In this document: positions 25,658 through 37,861 of the stretch, piece by piece | Position numbering within the stretch: the first letter of the stretch is position 1 | How the letters are laid out: every line of letters starts with the position of its first letter | NCBI RefSeq assembly: GCF_026571515.1 | Contig: NW_026853344.1 | Location: forward strand, 1 to 64,000 | Origin: Ruditapes philippinarum | Taxonomy: Eukaryota | Direction of reading: 5' to 3' | Length of the DNA stretch: 64,000 nucleotides | Notes under the pieces: model-generated | Told to the model about the DNA's origin: nothing | Database searches by the model: none | What the model saw: only the letters and a program-made list of their open reading frames with translations | Position numbers and translations under genes: made by a program

Positions 25658-26093
25658 ATATGTTTATCCCTGAGAAACGTGTACATGAAAAAGAATCACA
25701 TATCACATTCTAATTTCATAGTTAACAAAACCCATATTGGATTAGGACTATATGTTGTTTTTGCCATAGGAGCATTGGTTCTTGTGAACATCGAAATAGC
25801 ACCCCCAGGATCCCCAAAATTGTACTTTCTTCTCTTAGGATCTTCTTTATTTCATGCTATTTATAGCTACATATCTACGATAGTTGTACTTCACCATTTT
25901 TCCGTTGTTGGTCATGCATTTGGAAACATTTTGAAAAGACTTGCTGTTCTTGGTTTATTATACGTAACAGGCTCAAAAACATCGTCCATCGTAAATTTCA
26001 TTGGACTTTTCATATGTGCAACAGGGCTGACAATTTATGCGTTTTCTAAAGTACAAGAATTGAATCAGAATCAAATCAACAAAAAGTTTCAAA
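25658..26093 (+). pseudogene. TPT/PEP-translocator exon, copy 3, 3' part
   Basis: Resumes ICLSLRNV...GNILKR... with no stops. Donor A|GTGAGT at 26094 (intron 26094-26446). Confidence 0.88.
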
Positions 26094-26446
26094 GTGAGTG
26101 AAATGAGTTATAATATACCATTATAAAGCTGTTTACACTTCTAATTCTAAACCTGCTGATTTTGTGTTATTTGCTTAGCTTTAACATTAGAATTAACCAT
26201 TCAAAGTTTAAGATATTTCAGTATCAAAATACAAATATTAAATAACAAACAGCATAGAGCCAGGTCAGATTTAATCGGTATACTACATGTATTTGTATTT
26301 GGTTGCCCTAGGTATATTTATCCCTAATATATGCTATGTCCTTTAGAAAGGCATTTGATTAAGTCCCAGATAAAGATGAATTTTCTATGTGAATATAATT
26401 ATGTAGAATCATCTAGAATTGAACCAAATTTTGTTTTTTGTTTCAG

Positions 26447-27702
26447 CTGTGATGAGCTTCAAAAGACATTTATTCTTTACCTTGGTTACTATCATTGCAT
26501 TTTTTCTGGCAGTAAATCAGTTTTTCGAGGGAAATACGATGACGTTAGAGTTATTGAAATGTAGAACGAACTATGTTGATGTAAATAATGATAACTTTAA
26601 ATCGTTGTGGAATAACTTATCTCTGTCAAAGCAAGCGACATTCAACATCAAAGACTTCCTAACATTAGATCTAGCACACAATCCAGAAGAAACTAATAAA
26701 CTTTCTATATTGCTTACAAAACGGTCAGATGTAATTGACGAAGCTCAGAGAATTCACATGAATATTTTCAAGTCCCTGTTGGGCGGGTATAAATATGCAA
26801 TGCTATTCGATTATTCTCACTCGGAAAACAAAGGTGACTCGGCGATTACTGTTGGAGAAACATTGCTTTTGAGGAAACTCAAAATCGAAATTGTGTTTGT
26901 ATGTAAAATTCATTGCATAGATTATCAACTAGACAGAGCCCATAACATCAGTAAAAAATATACAAGTAAAGATCTTGTCATTCTTTTTCATGGTGGCGGA
27001 AATATCATTGGTTGGCCTTTGTCAGACGTTTCTCGTGGTAAACAAATAAAACGATTCATGCAGTTCAACATTGTCATGTTTCCACAAAGTATTTTGATAA
27101 TGGGACCAGATTCTCACATAAAGTTCTGCCAAAAATTATATGAATCTCATCAGAGGCTTACGTTTCTATGGCGAGATAAGGTATCCTTCGATCTTGGCAA
27201 GAAGCTCTTCCCTAAGGTACGTTCGTTATTATCACCAGATATTGCCTACCAGATTGGTTTCGTTCCTCGCTTCATGTATCCAACGTTCGATATACTTTGG
27301 ATAAAACGCGCCGATAAAGAGTCTCCACACTACAATACACCGGCAGCTCCGGAAGGTTATCGTATGCATGTTTCTGATTGGTTGATGTGGAAAACCCCGC
27401 GTGGGGACTCGCCAATGGAAGACTCGTTTCTTATGACAACCAATGGATTGGTGTTTTTACAGAGAGGTCGAGTAGTTATCACTGATCGTCTTCACGGTCA
27501 TATTTTATCAACACTTCTCAATATCCCCCACGTATATATTGATAACAAACAACGTAAAATATCTAACTATCACACCACATGGACGGCTGGTTTAGATAAT
27601 GTAGTTTTAGCAAATTCTAGTATTGACGCAGTTGAAAAAGCAAAGGAATTGCTGCTTAAACTTGATAAAGAATTACCTTTAGTTAAAGGATATTTCATAT
27701 AG
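26447..27702 (+). CDS. Polysaccharide pyruvyltransferase exon, copy 3
   Basis: Open ORF with all motifs intact. Acceptor TTTCAG| at 26446 and ATG at 26452. Confidence 0.9.
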
Positions 27703-27869
27703 TTAGTAAGAAAAGACATTGCATGAAAGGAAAACAAGCTAACGATATGAAATTAACACTATAATTTAAATGTGTTATACTTAAATGACACTCACGAAAG
27801 GAACTATGGCAGTTTAAGAATCTTTTTGCGCAAATATAATTAGCACAGATGAGAATTTTATATTTTCTA

Positions 27870-28790
27870 TATATTTGGATTGCCGAATGGCATATTTTCA
27901 AATCGAGCATTTCTAAAATGTATAAAACTTCTTTAAAAGACCATCATTATGAAACACTTACTTAGACAATATTGTTTTAACGAGCAAGACACAAACAAAA
28001 ATATTGCCTGAAAATATTAAAATAAAAGAAATATCTCATATATGGAATCATAAGACTGGTAAATTGAAAACTGAAAGTAAATGGGAAAGCTTATTTAATA
28101 TGGAGTAACAATGGAGTAAAAATATGATTCTTTTTCTTCATGCAAAGCTGTACAATTTCAGTGAAATTTTTACACAATGTTATTTATACAGAACACAAGC
28201 TGTCTCTTATGAATTTATCTGAGGGTAAATGTTGTATATGTAAATCTCACAGAGAAACTTTGTTTCATCTCTTCTGGGAATGTGATTTTGCAAAGAATGT
28301 TTGGACATTTGTAATTCAAAAACTTAAGTCTGCTAAAATCTTGGAAAATGATTTTTCAAATTTTCAATCTACTGCATCTTTTGGGTCTTTTGAACTCGCA
28401 ATTAACAATAAATTGACCAATACTGTTATATTCGAAACCAAATGGGCAATTTAGAAATATCGTAACAATTGTAAGCATAATTATTCATATCAACCAGTAT
28501 CTATTTTGTTAAGAAATTTGTTAAATGATATAAAATACCAATTTGAATACAAGTATAGAAATAAAGGCGATACTGTGACAGAAATTTTAAAATATTTGTA
28601 ATTTGTAAGAATTTTATCTTTAATGTATGGGACGCAACTCAATTGAAATTATAGAATTAATTTATCAAGAGTTAACTCGCTTTTCAACCTTGTCATTTTT
28701 CGTTTTTCGGACAAATAAATGATACCTTTGCGAACTCTTTTATTTATAACATTATCTGTTCTGCTTCTTATTTTATAAGAAATCAAATAA
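27870..28790 (+). mobile_element. 5'-truncated non-LTR retrotransposon fragment (L1/Tx1-like ORF2 C-terminus)
   Basis: CCICKSHRETLFHLFWECDFAK is a zf-RVT-type CCHC motif, with stops nearby. This block is absent from sister units, where ~250 bp of host sequence occupies the position. Confidence 0.7.
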
Positions 28791-31107
28791 ATCGTACACA
28801 AAAAGTGGATTTTTATATTTTTCTGTAAAGGATGGCCTTGACCTTGGGATAGCGACCTGATTATTTGCGCTCTGTACATCGTTCAATAATGATGATTAAA
28901 AGTGTATAGGTAATTTTTAATTTTTTTCTTCGAAATGGAGATGCAATGTTTTATTTTTATATATATTTGGCCATTAATAGTGTACTTGGCTATGTGGGTA
29001 GCAACCTAATTGCCGGGCTCTTCACGTTGTCTCGTAATGGTGATCATTGGACAGTTATATTGTTATGGACCGGACACACGGACATATTGATAGGCGGGAC
29101 AATTCCTATAGTCACCTCCCCACTACGCGGCAGGGGATTAATACACAATTGAAAATGCGAATAATTCTGATTACTGCATGTCAAATGCATGTCATACTCC
29201 ATCTAGCCTTAATTCCAATTTTAAGGTAAAATGTATATAAATTCCTTGTCCAATATAATTTACTTTCGAACTAAACAGTTAATAATAACCTTATTTTAAT
29301 GGACGAATACGCTGCTGTTTTACCTAAACTGGACGAGGCGCCTATGAAATCATTTAGAGCTGTGTACAAGACCAAAAACATCAATATTGTATTGTATGTA
29401 AATAATTTTTTTCACACCACTAATGTTTTGACATTATTTTGTTTTTTTAAGGATAATTAGGATTTGATATGGACTATTTAGACTCTAAGAATAAAAAAAA
29501 CTAGGCTAAAGTGAGTGTAACTTGGATTTGATAATTTTGGGTTTGTGAAAATAAACAACAAAGCTCAAATATGTACTGCAAACGCTAAAGTTCATTGGTT
29601 GCACATTATTAATTGTAACACCTGAACATGTAAAAATGTTTTCAATTTGAAAGTCGACCATGTTGTATGTAACTAGTATGCAACAATATTCGCAGACAAT
29701 TCTACCTGAGTTTATTTCGTTTTGCGATTTCAAAAACAGATTTTATTTGTTTATCTTATAAGATACATGTAACTTAAACAACACATATAATTTGACATCC
29801 ATATGTTGCCATTTGTTTTATAGATTATGACTGATGTTCTTTCCTCAACATTTTATTGTTTTTGTTTTTTTTGTTGTCAATGTTATACACTCAGAATGCC
29901 TGGATTTTAAATTCTTATATCATCATTATAGTGTCTCTCTATATGGTAATTTTTCTATTTGAATATTTCTTAATATCTTCATGAGCACATCTGCGGATAT
30001 TACCAAATTCTTAATGTCATGATTTTCACACTGATATGTTGAACAGACTCAATCAAGTCGAGACTGCAACTTTTTCAAAAGGATGTTTTCAAAGTTTCTA
30101 TTTTATCTTTAAACTCATTTCAAAATTAAAGGGTATAAAGCTATATCTTATGAAATATTTTTGTATAAAATCCATCAACAGTAAAATAATGTACACGAAG
30201 TTTCATAATTGTCCTGAACGATATTCTCTTATTTCGTTTGTTAATTTGTTTTTTGTTTTGTTTATCTCCATATTTAGTTAATCTTATGTATGCTTAGGGC
30301 GGAGTTTAAAAGTTGTTAGCGGGCATTTTTGAATATGAGCATTTTATAAGAGGAGCATTCAATGGCGGAGTATGTTTGTGACATTTTTCTCATGCAACGG
30401 AATATACTCATGCCTCATGGATTCCATGATATTCAAATGGACTAACGAAGAGTATAAAAGCTAACATATATTCTCATGTATTTATTCGTTTCCTTTCTTT
30501 CGGCCAATGTATGCTAATGTCAAAATTCTAAAATTATAGTTACAAAATGTGGTTAGTTATTACTTGGATATAATTTGATATTTTGAATACAAACTGTAAA
30601 AAATATATATTAATATTTTTTTTTCAATGTGGCTAAAAGTTTTATGTTTATTTTCTAAACTCAGAAATAAAGAGATGTCAGCAACAATATTTCTATTATT
30701 AATTCTTGAAACAATAATAACATTACCTAACATAGAATGTCTCTGTTATTTAACACACATGGATATTGCAGGGTAACGGAAGAAAATGAATTTTACCATT
30801 TAGCGATCATTCTGTGCATGCGTCATTTGCTCTTCAGGACATAAACATGCATATATCTTTCAAACCGATATTTAACAATTATTCATTTTCAAATCCAACC
30901 AATAATTTGTAGCGGAACGGAAACTTTGTATGCTTTAAGTGAAGTTTTGAACAACATCATTTCACATTGTAACACGTTTATAAATCAATATAGGCGTCAC
31001 ATTATTTCACTTAGATAAAAAGCACATATAAGAAAAGTACGATTTTGTTTTAAGCATGTTCAACCAACTATAACTATATTCTAAACTTAAAAATAACCTT
31101 TTTCCAA

Positions 31108-32011
31108 ATGATGTTGTTTGTTTTCATTGGCTGGACAATAACATCGTTTGCATGTCACTTCTGTGCCAAACTATTTATAAAGGAATCGACATCATTCACT
31201 CCTGGAAATGGAAATAACATAATTGTTTTAACTGTTCTACAAGTGTTCTTCTACATGCAAGTAGCATCGTTTACGGATGACAATGATAAAGGGGTTATGG
31301 TTAACAAACTTGTCATTTTCACTGCTCACGCATGCGCGACTTTGGCGACAAACTGGAGTATGGCTGTAACATATGTAGCTTCTACATTTGCTGTTAAACT
31401 AATGGAACCTGTAACCAGTGCTTTATTACAAAAACTTATTCTAAAAATCGAATTATCATATCTACAGTACATCAGTATTCCAGCTGTTGTTTGTGGTTCA
31501 ATATTATTTGCACAAGAAAATAACACATGGAAGTTAAATGTTTCCAAAGGAACAGTTCTTGCGTTTATTTCTAATATATGTTTATCCCTCAGAAACGTGT
31601 ACATGAAAAAGAATCACATATCACATTCTAAGTTCATAATTAACAAAACCCATATTGGATTAGGACTATTTGTTGTTTTTGCCATAGGAGCATTGGTTCT
31701 TTTTGATATCGGGATAGCACCCACAGGAACCGCAAAATTATACTTTCTTCTCATAGGATCTTCTTTATTTCATGCTATTTATAGCTACATATCTACGGTA
31801 GTTGTACTTCACCATTTTTCCGTTATTGGTCATGCATTTGGAAACATTTTGAAAAGGCTTGCTGTTCTTGGTTTATTATACGTAACAGGCTCAAAAACAT
31901 CGTCAATCGTAAATTTCATTGGACTTTTCACATGTGCAACAGGGCTGGCAATTTATGCGTTTTCTAAAGTACAAGAGTTGAATCAGCACCAAATTAACAA
32001 AGAGTTTCAAA
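31108..32011 (+). CDS. Transporter exon, copy 4 (intact): triose-phosphate/PEP translocator family (SLC35E-like, DMT fold)
   Basis: Multi-pass hydrophobic ORF with VKLMEP, SLRNV, FHAIY and HAFGNILKR, matching the K..EP and GN..KR motifs of phosphate translocators. Confidence 0.88.
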
Positions 32012-33611
32012 GTGAGTGAAAGGATATCATTATAAAGCTGTTCACATTTTTAATTCTAAACCTGCTGATTTTGTGTTATTTGCTTAGCTTTAATATTAGA
32101 ATTAACCATTCAAAGTTTAAGATATTTCAGTATCAAAATACAATATTAAATTACAAACAGCAAAGAGCCAGGTCAGATTTAACTGATATAATACATATAT
32201 TGGTAGTTGGTTGCCATAGGTATATTTATCCCTAATATATGCTATGTCCTTTAGAAAGACATTTGATATAGTCTCAGAAAAAGATGATTCTTTTGTATGT
32301 GAATATATTTAGACTCATCTAGAATAAAACCAAACTTTATTTTATGTTTCAGCTGTGATGAGCTATAAAAGACATTTATTCTTTAGCTTGGTTACAATTA
32401 TTGTATTTTTTCTGGCACTGAATCAGTTCTTCAGGGGACATACGATGATGTTAGAGTTATTGAAATGTAGAACGAAATATGTTGATGGAAATAATGATAG
32501 CTATAAATTGTTGTGGAATAATTTATCTCTGTCAAAGCAAGCGACATTCAACATCAAAGACTTCCTAACATTAGATCTAGCACACAATCCAGAAGAAAGT
32601 AATAAACTTTCTATATTGCTTACAAAACGGTCAGATGTAATTGACGAAGCTCAGAGAATTCACATGAATATTTTCAAGTCCCTGTTGGGCGGGTATAAAT
32701 ATGCAATGCTATTCGATTATTCTCACTCGGAAAACAAAGGTGACTCGGCAATTACTGTTGGAGAAACATTGCTTTTGAGGAAACTCAAAATCGAAATTGT
32801 GTTTGTATGTAAAATTCATTGCATAGATTATCAACTAGACAGAGCCCATAACATCAGTAAAAATTATACAAGTAAAGATCTTGTCATTCTTCTTCATGGT
32901 GGCGGAAATGTCATTGGTTGGCCTTTGTCAGACGTTTCTCGTGGTAAACAAATAAAACGATTCATGCAGTTCAACATTCTCATGTTTCCACAAAGTATTT
33001 TGATAATGGGACCAGATTCTCACGTAAAGTTCTGCAAAAAAATATATGCATCTCATCCGAGACTTACCTTTCTATGGCGAGATAAGGTGTCTTTCGATCT
33101 TGGCAAGAAGCTCTTCCCTAACGTACGGGCGATATTATCACCAGATATTGCCTACCAGATCGGTTTCGTTCCTCGTTTCATGCAACCAACGTTCGATATA
33201 CTTTGGATAAAGCGCACCGATAAAGAGTCTCCACACTACAATACACCTGCCGCACCGAAAGGATATCGTATTCACGTTTCTGATTGGTTAATGTGGAAAA
33301 CCCCGCGCGGGGACTCGCCAATGGAGGACTCGTTTCTTATGACAACCAATGGAATGATGTTTTTACAGAGAGGTCGAGTAGTTATAACTGATCGTCTTCA
33401 CGGTCATATTCTATCAACACTTCTCAATATCCCCCACGTATATATTGATAACAAACAACGTAAAATATCTAACTATCACACCACATGGACGACTGGCTTA
33501 GATAATGTAGTTTTAGCAAATTCTAGCATTGACGCAGTTGAAAAAGCAAAGGAATTGCTGATAAAACTTGATAAAGAATTACCTTCAGTTAAAGGATATT
33601 TCATAAAGTAA
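31108..33611 (+). CDS. Intact two-exon gene join(31108..32011,32353..33611): TPT/PEP-translocator-family transporter fused to polysaccharide pyruvyltransferase, 720 aa
   Basis: Donor CAAA|GTGAGT at 32012 and acceptor TTTATGTTTCAG|CT at 32352. A+CT gives Thr and keeps the frame into GTG ATG AGC. 904+1259=2163 nt, or 721 codons including the stop. Both sites are conserved in all five copies. Confidence 0.82.
32353..33611 (+). CDS. Polysaccharide pyruvyltransferase exon, copy 4
   Basis: Open ORF with NKGD, GGGN, PQS, RD, PDIA and TDRLHGHI motifs and an N-terminal TM segment. Confidence 0.9.
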
Positions 33612-36600
33612 GTAAGAAAAGATTGCATGAGAGGAAAACAAGCTAACAATATGAAATTAACACTTTAATTAAAATGTATTATACAAAAATGTCAGTAACG
33701 AAATACACTTCGGCAGTTTAAGAAGTTCTATGCACAAATAAAATAAGCGCAGATGAGAATTCAATATTTTCAAAATGTGTTCATTTTTGTATTAACAAAC
33801 ATGTACAAAATTTGTCTAGTGATATTTCTAAAATAAATGATTTAAAAAAGCATTCTAAAGGTCAGATATATCCCCTTTCACGGTAATTTTTTTTAAAACT
33901 TTTGACCGATCTTTAAATATTACCTTGACCTTAGAAGAAACAACCTGGTTTTCGAGTTCTGCCCATCATCTCATACTGGCTATCATTTGTTCCAAGTGGT
34001 TTTATAACTTCTTAAGCAAGCTAAAGGTAATTCATCTTACACCAAAATTGGATTTTTATTTTTTACCTTAAGGTATGTCCTTGGCCTTGGGATAGCGATC
34101 TGATTGTTTGCGCTCTGTACATCGTTCAATAATGATGATTAAAAGTGCATAGGTAATTTAAAAAAGTTTTCTTCGAAATGGAGATGCAATGTTTTATTTT
34201 TATATATATTTGGTCATTAATAGTGTACTTGGCCTTGAGGGTAGCAACCTTATTACTGGGCTCTTGATGTCGTCTGGTAATGGTGATCATCGGACAGTTA
34301 TGTTGTTATGGACCGGACACGAAAATGTTATGGACGGACAGATTGATAGGCGGGACAATTCCTATAGTCACCTCCCCACTACGCGGCAGGGGATTAATAA
34401 ACATTTGAAAATGCGAATGATTCTGATTACATTGCAAACAGAACATTATAATAAGCTTTTCATATATCATTATCGGTCGTTATGTTATTGTTCATTGGCA
34501 AAATAATTTTATGCATCTACCTTATGTTCAGATAGATGATTTGTAATCGTGATAAGATGTTTCAAACGAAATCATTATCGGACCCAATCTTATCAATTTA
34601 GCTTCGTTTTCATTTCCAGAGTGCAAAACATTCGTTTTTAATGCATATCTCGCCCCCTTAGCCTCGTTTTTCATTTTTTGTCCAAAAATATCTATTTAAA
34701 ATTCATGTCGTACTCCATCTAGCCTCAATTCCAATTTCATGGTAAAAATATATATCAATTTCTTGTCCAATATAATTTACTATCGAACTAAACAGTGAAT
34801 AATAACCTTATTTTAATGGACGAATACGCTGCTGTTTTACCTATACTGGACGAGGCGCATATAAAAGCATTTAGAGCTGTGTACAAGACCAAAAAATCAA
34901 TATTGTATTCAAAAGTATGTAAATATTTTTTTTTTACACCACCAATGTTTTGACGTTATTATTTTTTTTAAATATAATTAGGATTTGATATGGACTATTT
35001 AGACTCTAAAATAAAAAAAAAACTAGGCTAAATGTAGTGTAACTTGGATTTGATAATTTTTGGTCTGTGAAAATAAACAACAAAGCTCAAATATGTAATG
35101 CAAACGCTAAAGTTCATTGATTGCACATTATTAATTGTAACACGTGAACGTATAAAAATGTTTTGAATTCGAAAGTCGACCATGTTGTTTGTAACAAGTA
35201 TGTTTATTTCATTTTGCGATTTCAAAAACAGATTATATTTGTTATAAGATACATGTATTGTAACGTAAACAATACATAGAATTTGACATCCATATGTTGT
35301 CATTTTTTTATAGATTATGTCTGATGTTCTTTGCTCAACATTTTATTGTTTTTGTTTTTTTTATTGTTGTCAATGTTATACACTCAGAATGCTTGGATTT
35401 AAAATTCTTAAATCATCATCATAGTGTCTCTCCATATGGTAATATTTTTTTTAATTTGAATATTTCTTAATAACTTCATGAGCACATCTGCGGATATATC
35501 TAAATTCTCAATGCCATGATTTTCACACTGATATGTTGAACAGACTCAATCAAGTCGAGACTGCAGGACGTTCTTCAAAGTTTCTGTTTTATCTTTAAAC
35601 TCATTTCAAAATTAAAGGGTATAAAGCTATATCTTATGAAATATTTTTTTTTATAAAATCTATCAACAGTAAAATAATGTACACGTTGTTTCATAATTGT
35701 CGTGAACGATATCCTCTTATTTTGTTTGTTAATTTGTTGTTTTTTTTGTTGTTTTTTTTGTTTTGTTATCTCCATATTTAGTTAATCTTATGTATGCAAG
35801 TAGGGCGAAGTTTAAAAGTTGTTAGCGGGCATTTTGAATATGAGCATTTTATAAGAGGAGCATTCAATGACGGAGTATGTTTGTGACATTTTTCTCATGC
35901 AACGGAATATACTAATGCCTCATGGATTCCATGATATTCAAATGGACTAACGAAGAGTATAAACGCTAACATATATTCTCATGTATTTATTCCTTTTTTT
36001 GGAAATGGACAATTTGGATACTAATGACAAAATTCTAAAATTATAGTTACAAAATGTGGTTACTTACTTATTGGATATAATTTGATATTGTAAAATTTAA
36101 ACTGTAAAAATAAAGAGTAAAATAGATTTTTGAATGTGTCTAAAAGATTTTAAGTTATTTTTTAAACTTAGAAATAAAGAGATGTCAGCAACAATAATTT
36201 TATTATCGATTATAGAAACAATTGTAACATAGAATGTCTCTGCTATTTAACACACATGGATATTGCAGGGTAACGGAATAAATGTTGCTTTTTTAGTTGG
36301 GATTTAACCATTTAGCTATGATTCTGTGCAAGCGTCATTTGCTCTTTAGGACATAAACAATCATTTATATTTTATAACTATTCGTTTCAAATGCAACCAA
36401 TAATTTGTAGCGGTAAGGTAAACTTTGTATACTTTAAATGAAGTTTTGTACAACATCGTTTCACATTGTAGCACGTTAATAAAATCAACACTTTGATAAA
36501 AAGCATATATTAGAAATGTACAGTTTTGTTTTACGTATGTTCAACCAACAATAATTATATTCTCAACTTAAAAAAAGCCTTTTTTCATTTCTTAACTTAA

Positions 36601-36617
36601 GAGGCAAGCTTTTCCAA

Positions 36618-37526
36618 ATGATGTTGTTTGTATTCATTGGCTGTACAATAACATAGTTTGCATGTCATTCCTGTGCCAAACTATTTATAAAGGAATCAAC
36701 ATCTTTCATTCCTGGAAGTGGAAATGACGTCATTGTTTTAACTGTATTACAAGTGTTCTTCTATATATGCAAGTAGCATCGTTTGCGGGTGACAATGATA
36801 AAGGGGTTATGGTTAACAAACTTGTCATTTTCATTGCTCACGCATGCGCGACTTTAGCGACAAACTGGAGCATGGCTTAAACATATGTAGCTTCTTCATT
36901 CGCTATTAAACACATGGAACCTGTCACCAGTGCTTTATTACAAAAACTTATTCTTAATTAAATCGAAATGTCATATCTACAGTACGTCAGTATTCCAGCT
37001 GTTGTTTGTGGTTCAATAATTTTTTCTCAAGAAAATAACACATGGGAGTTAAATGTTTCCAAAGGAACTGTTCTTGCGTTTATTTCTAATATATGTTTAT
37101 CCCTGAGAAACGTGTACATGAAAAAGAATTACATATCACATTCTAAGTTCATAATTAACAAAACCCATATTGGATTAGGACTATTTGTTGGTTTTGCCGT
37201 AGGAGCATTGGTTCTTGTGAACATCGGGATAGCACCCCCAGGATCCCCAAAATTATACTTTCTTCTCACAGGATCTTCTTTATTTCATGCTATTTATAGC
37301 TACATATCTACGGTAGTTGTACTTCACCATTTTTCTGTTATTGGTCATGCATTTGGAAACATTTTGAAAAGACTTGCTGTTCTTGGTTTATCATACGTAA
37401 CAGGCTCCAAAACATCGTCAATCGTAAATTGTATTGGACTTTTCATATGTGCAACAGGCCTGACAATTTATGCGTTTTCTAAAGTAAAAGAGTTGAATCA
37501 GCACCAAATTAACAAAGAGTTTCAAA
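36618..37526 (+). pseudogene. TPT/PEP-translocator exon, copy 5, disabled in its 5' third
   Basis: TCG>TAG (~36654), a TA insertion (~36762) and a deletion creating GCT TAA (~36877). The 3' part is open. Donor A|GTGAGT at 37527 (intron 37527-37861). Confidence 0.88.
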
Positions 37527-37861
37527 GTGAGTTGAAGGAGTTGTAATATACCATTATAAAGCTGTTTACACTTCTAATTTTAAACCTGCTGACTTTGAAT
37601 TATGCTTAGTTTTGAAATTAGAATAGTCCATTCAAATTATAAAATATTTCAATATCAAAATACAAATATTCAGTTACAAACAGCGAAGAGCCGGATTAGA
37701 TTCAACCGATATGTATTTGTATTTGGTTGCCATAGGTTAATTTATCCCTAATATGTCATTTAGGAAGACATCCGATTTAGTCTCAGAAAAATAAGTTTTT
37801 TTGTATGTGAATATATTTTAGAATCACCTAGAATAAAACCAAACTTTATTTTATGTTTCAG

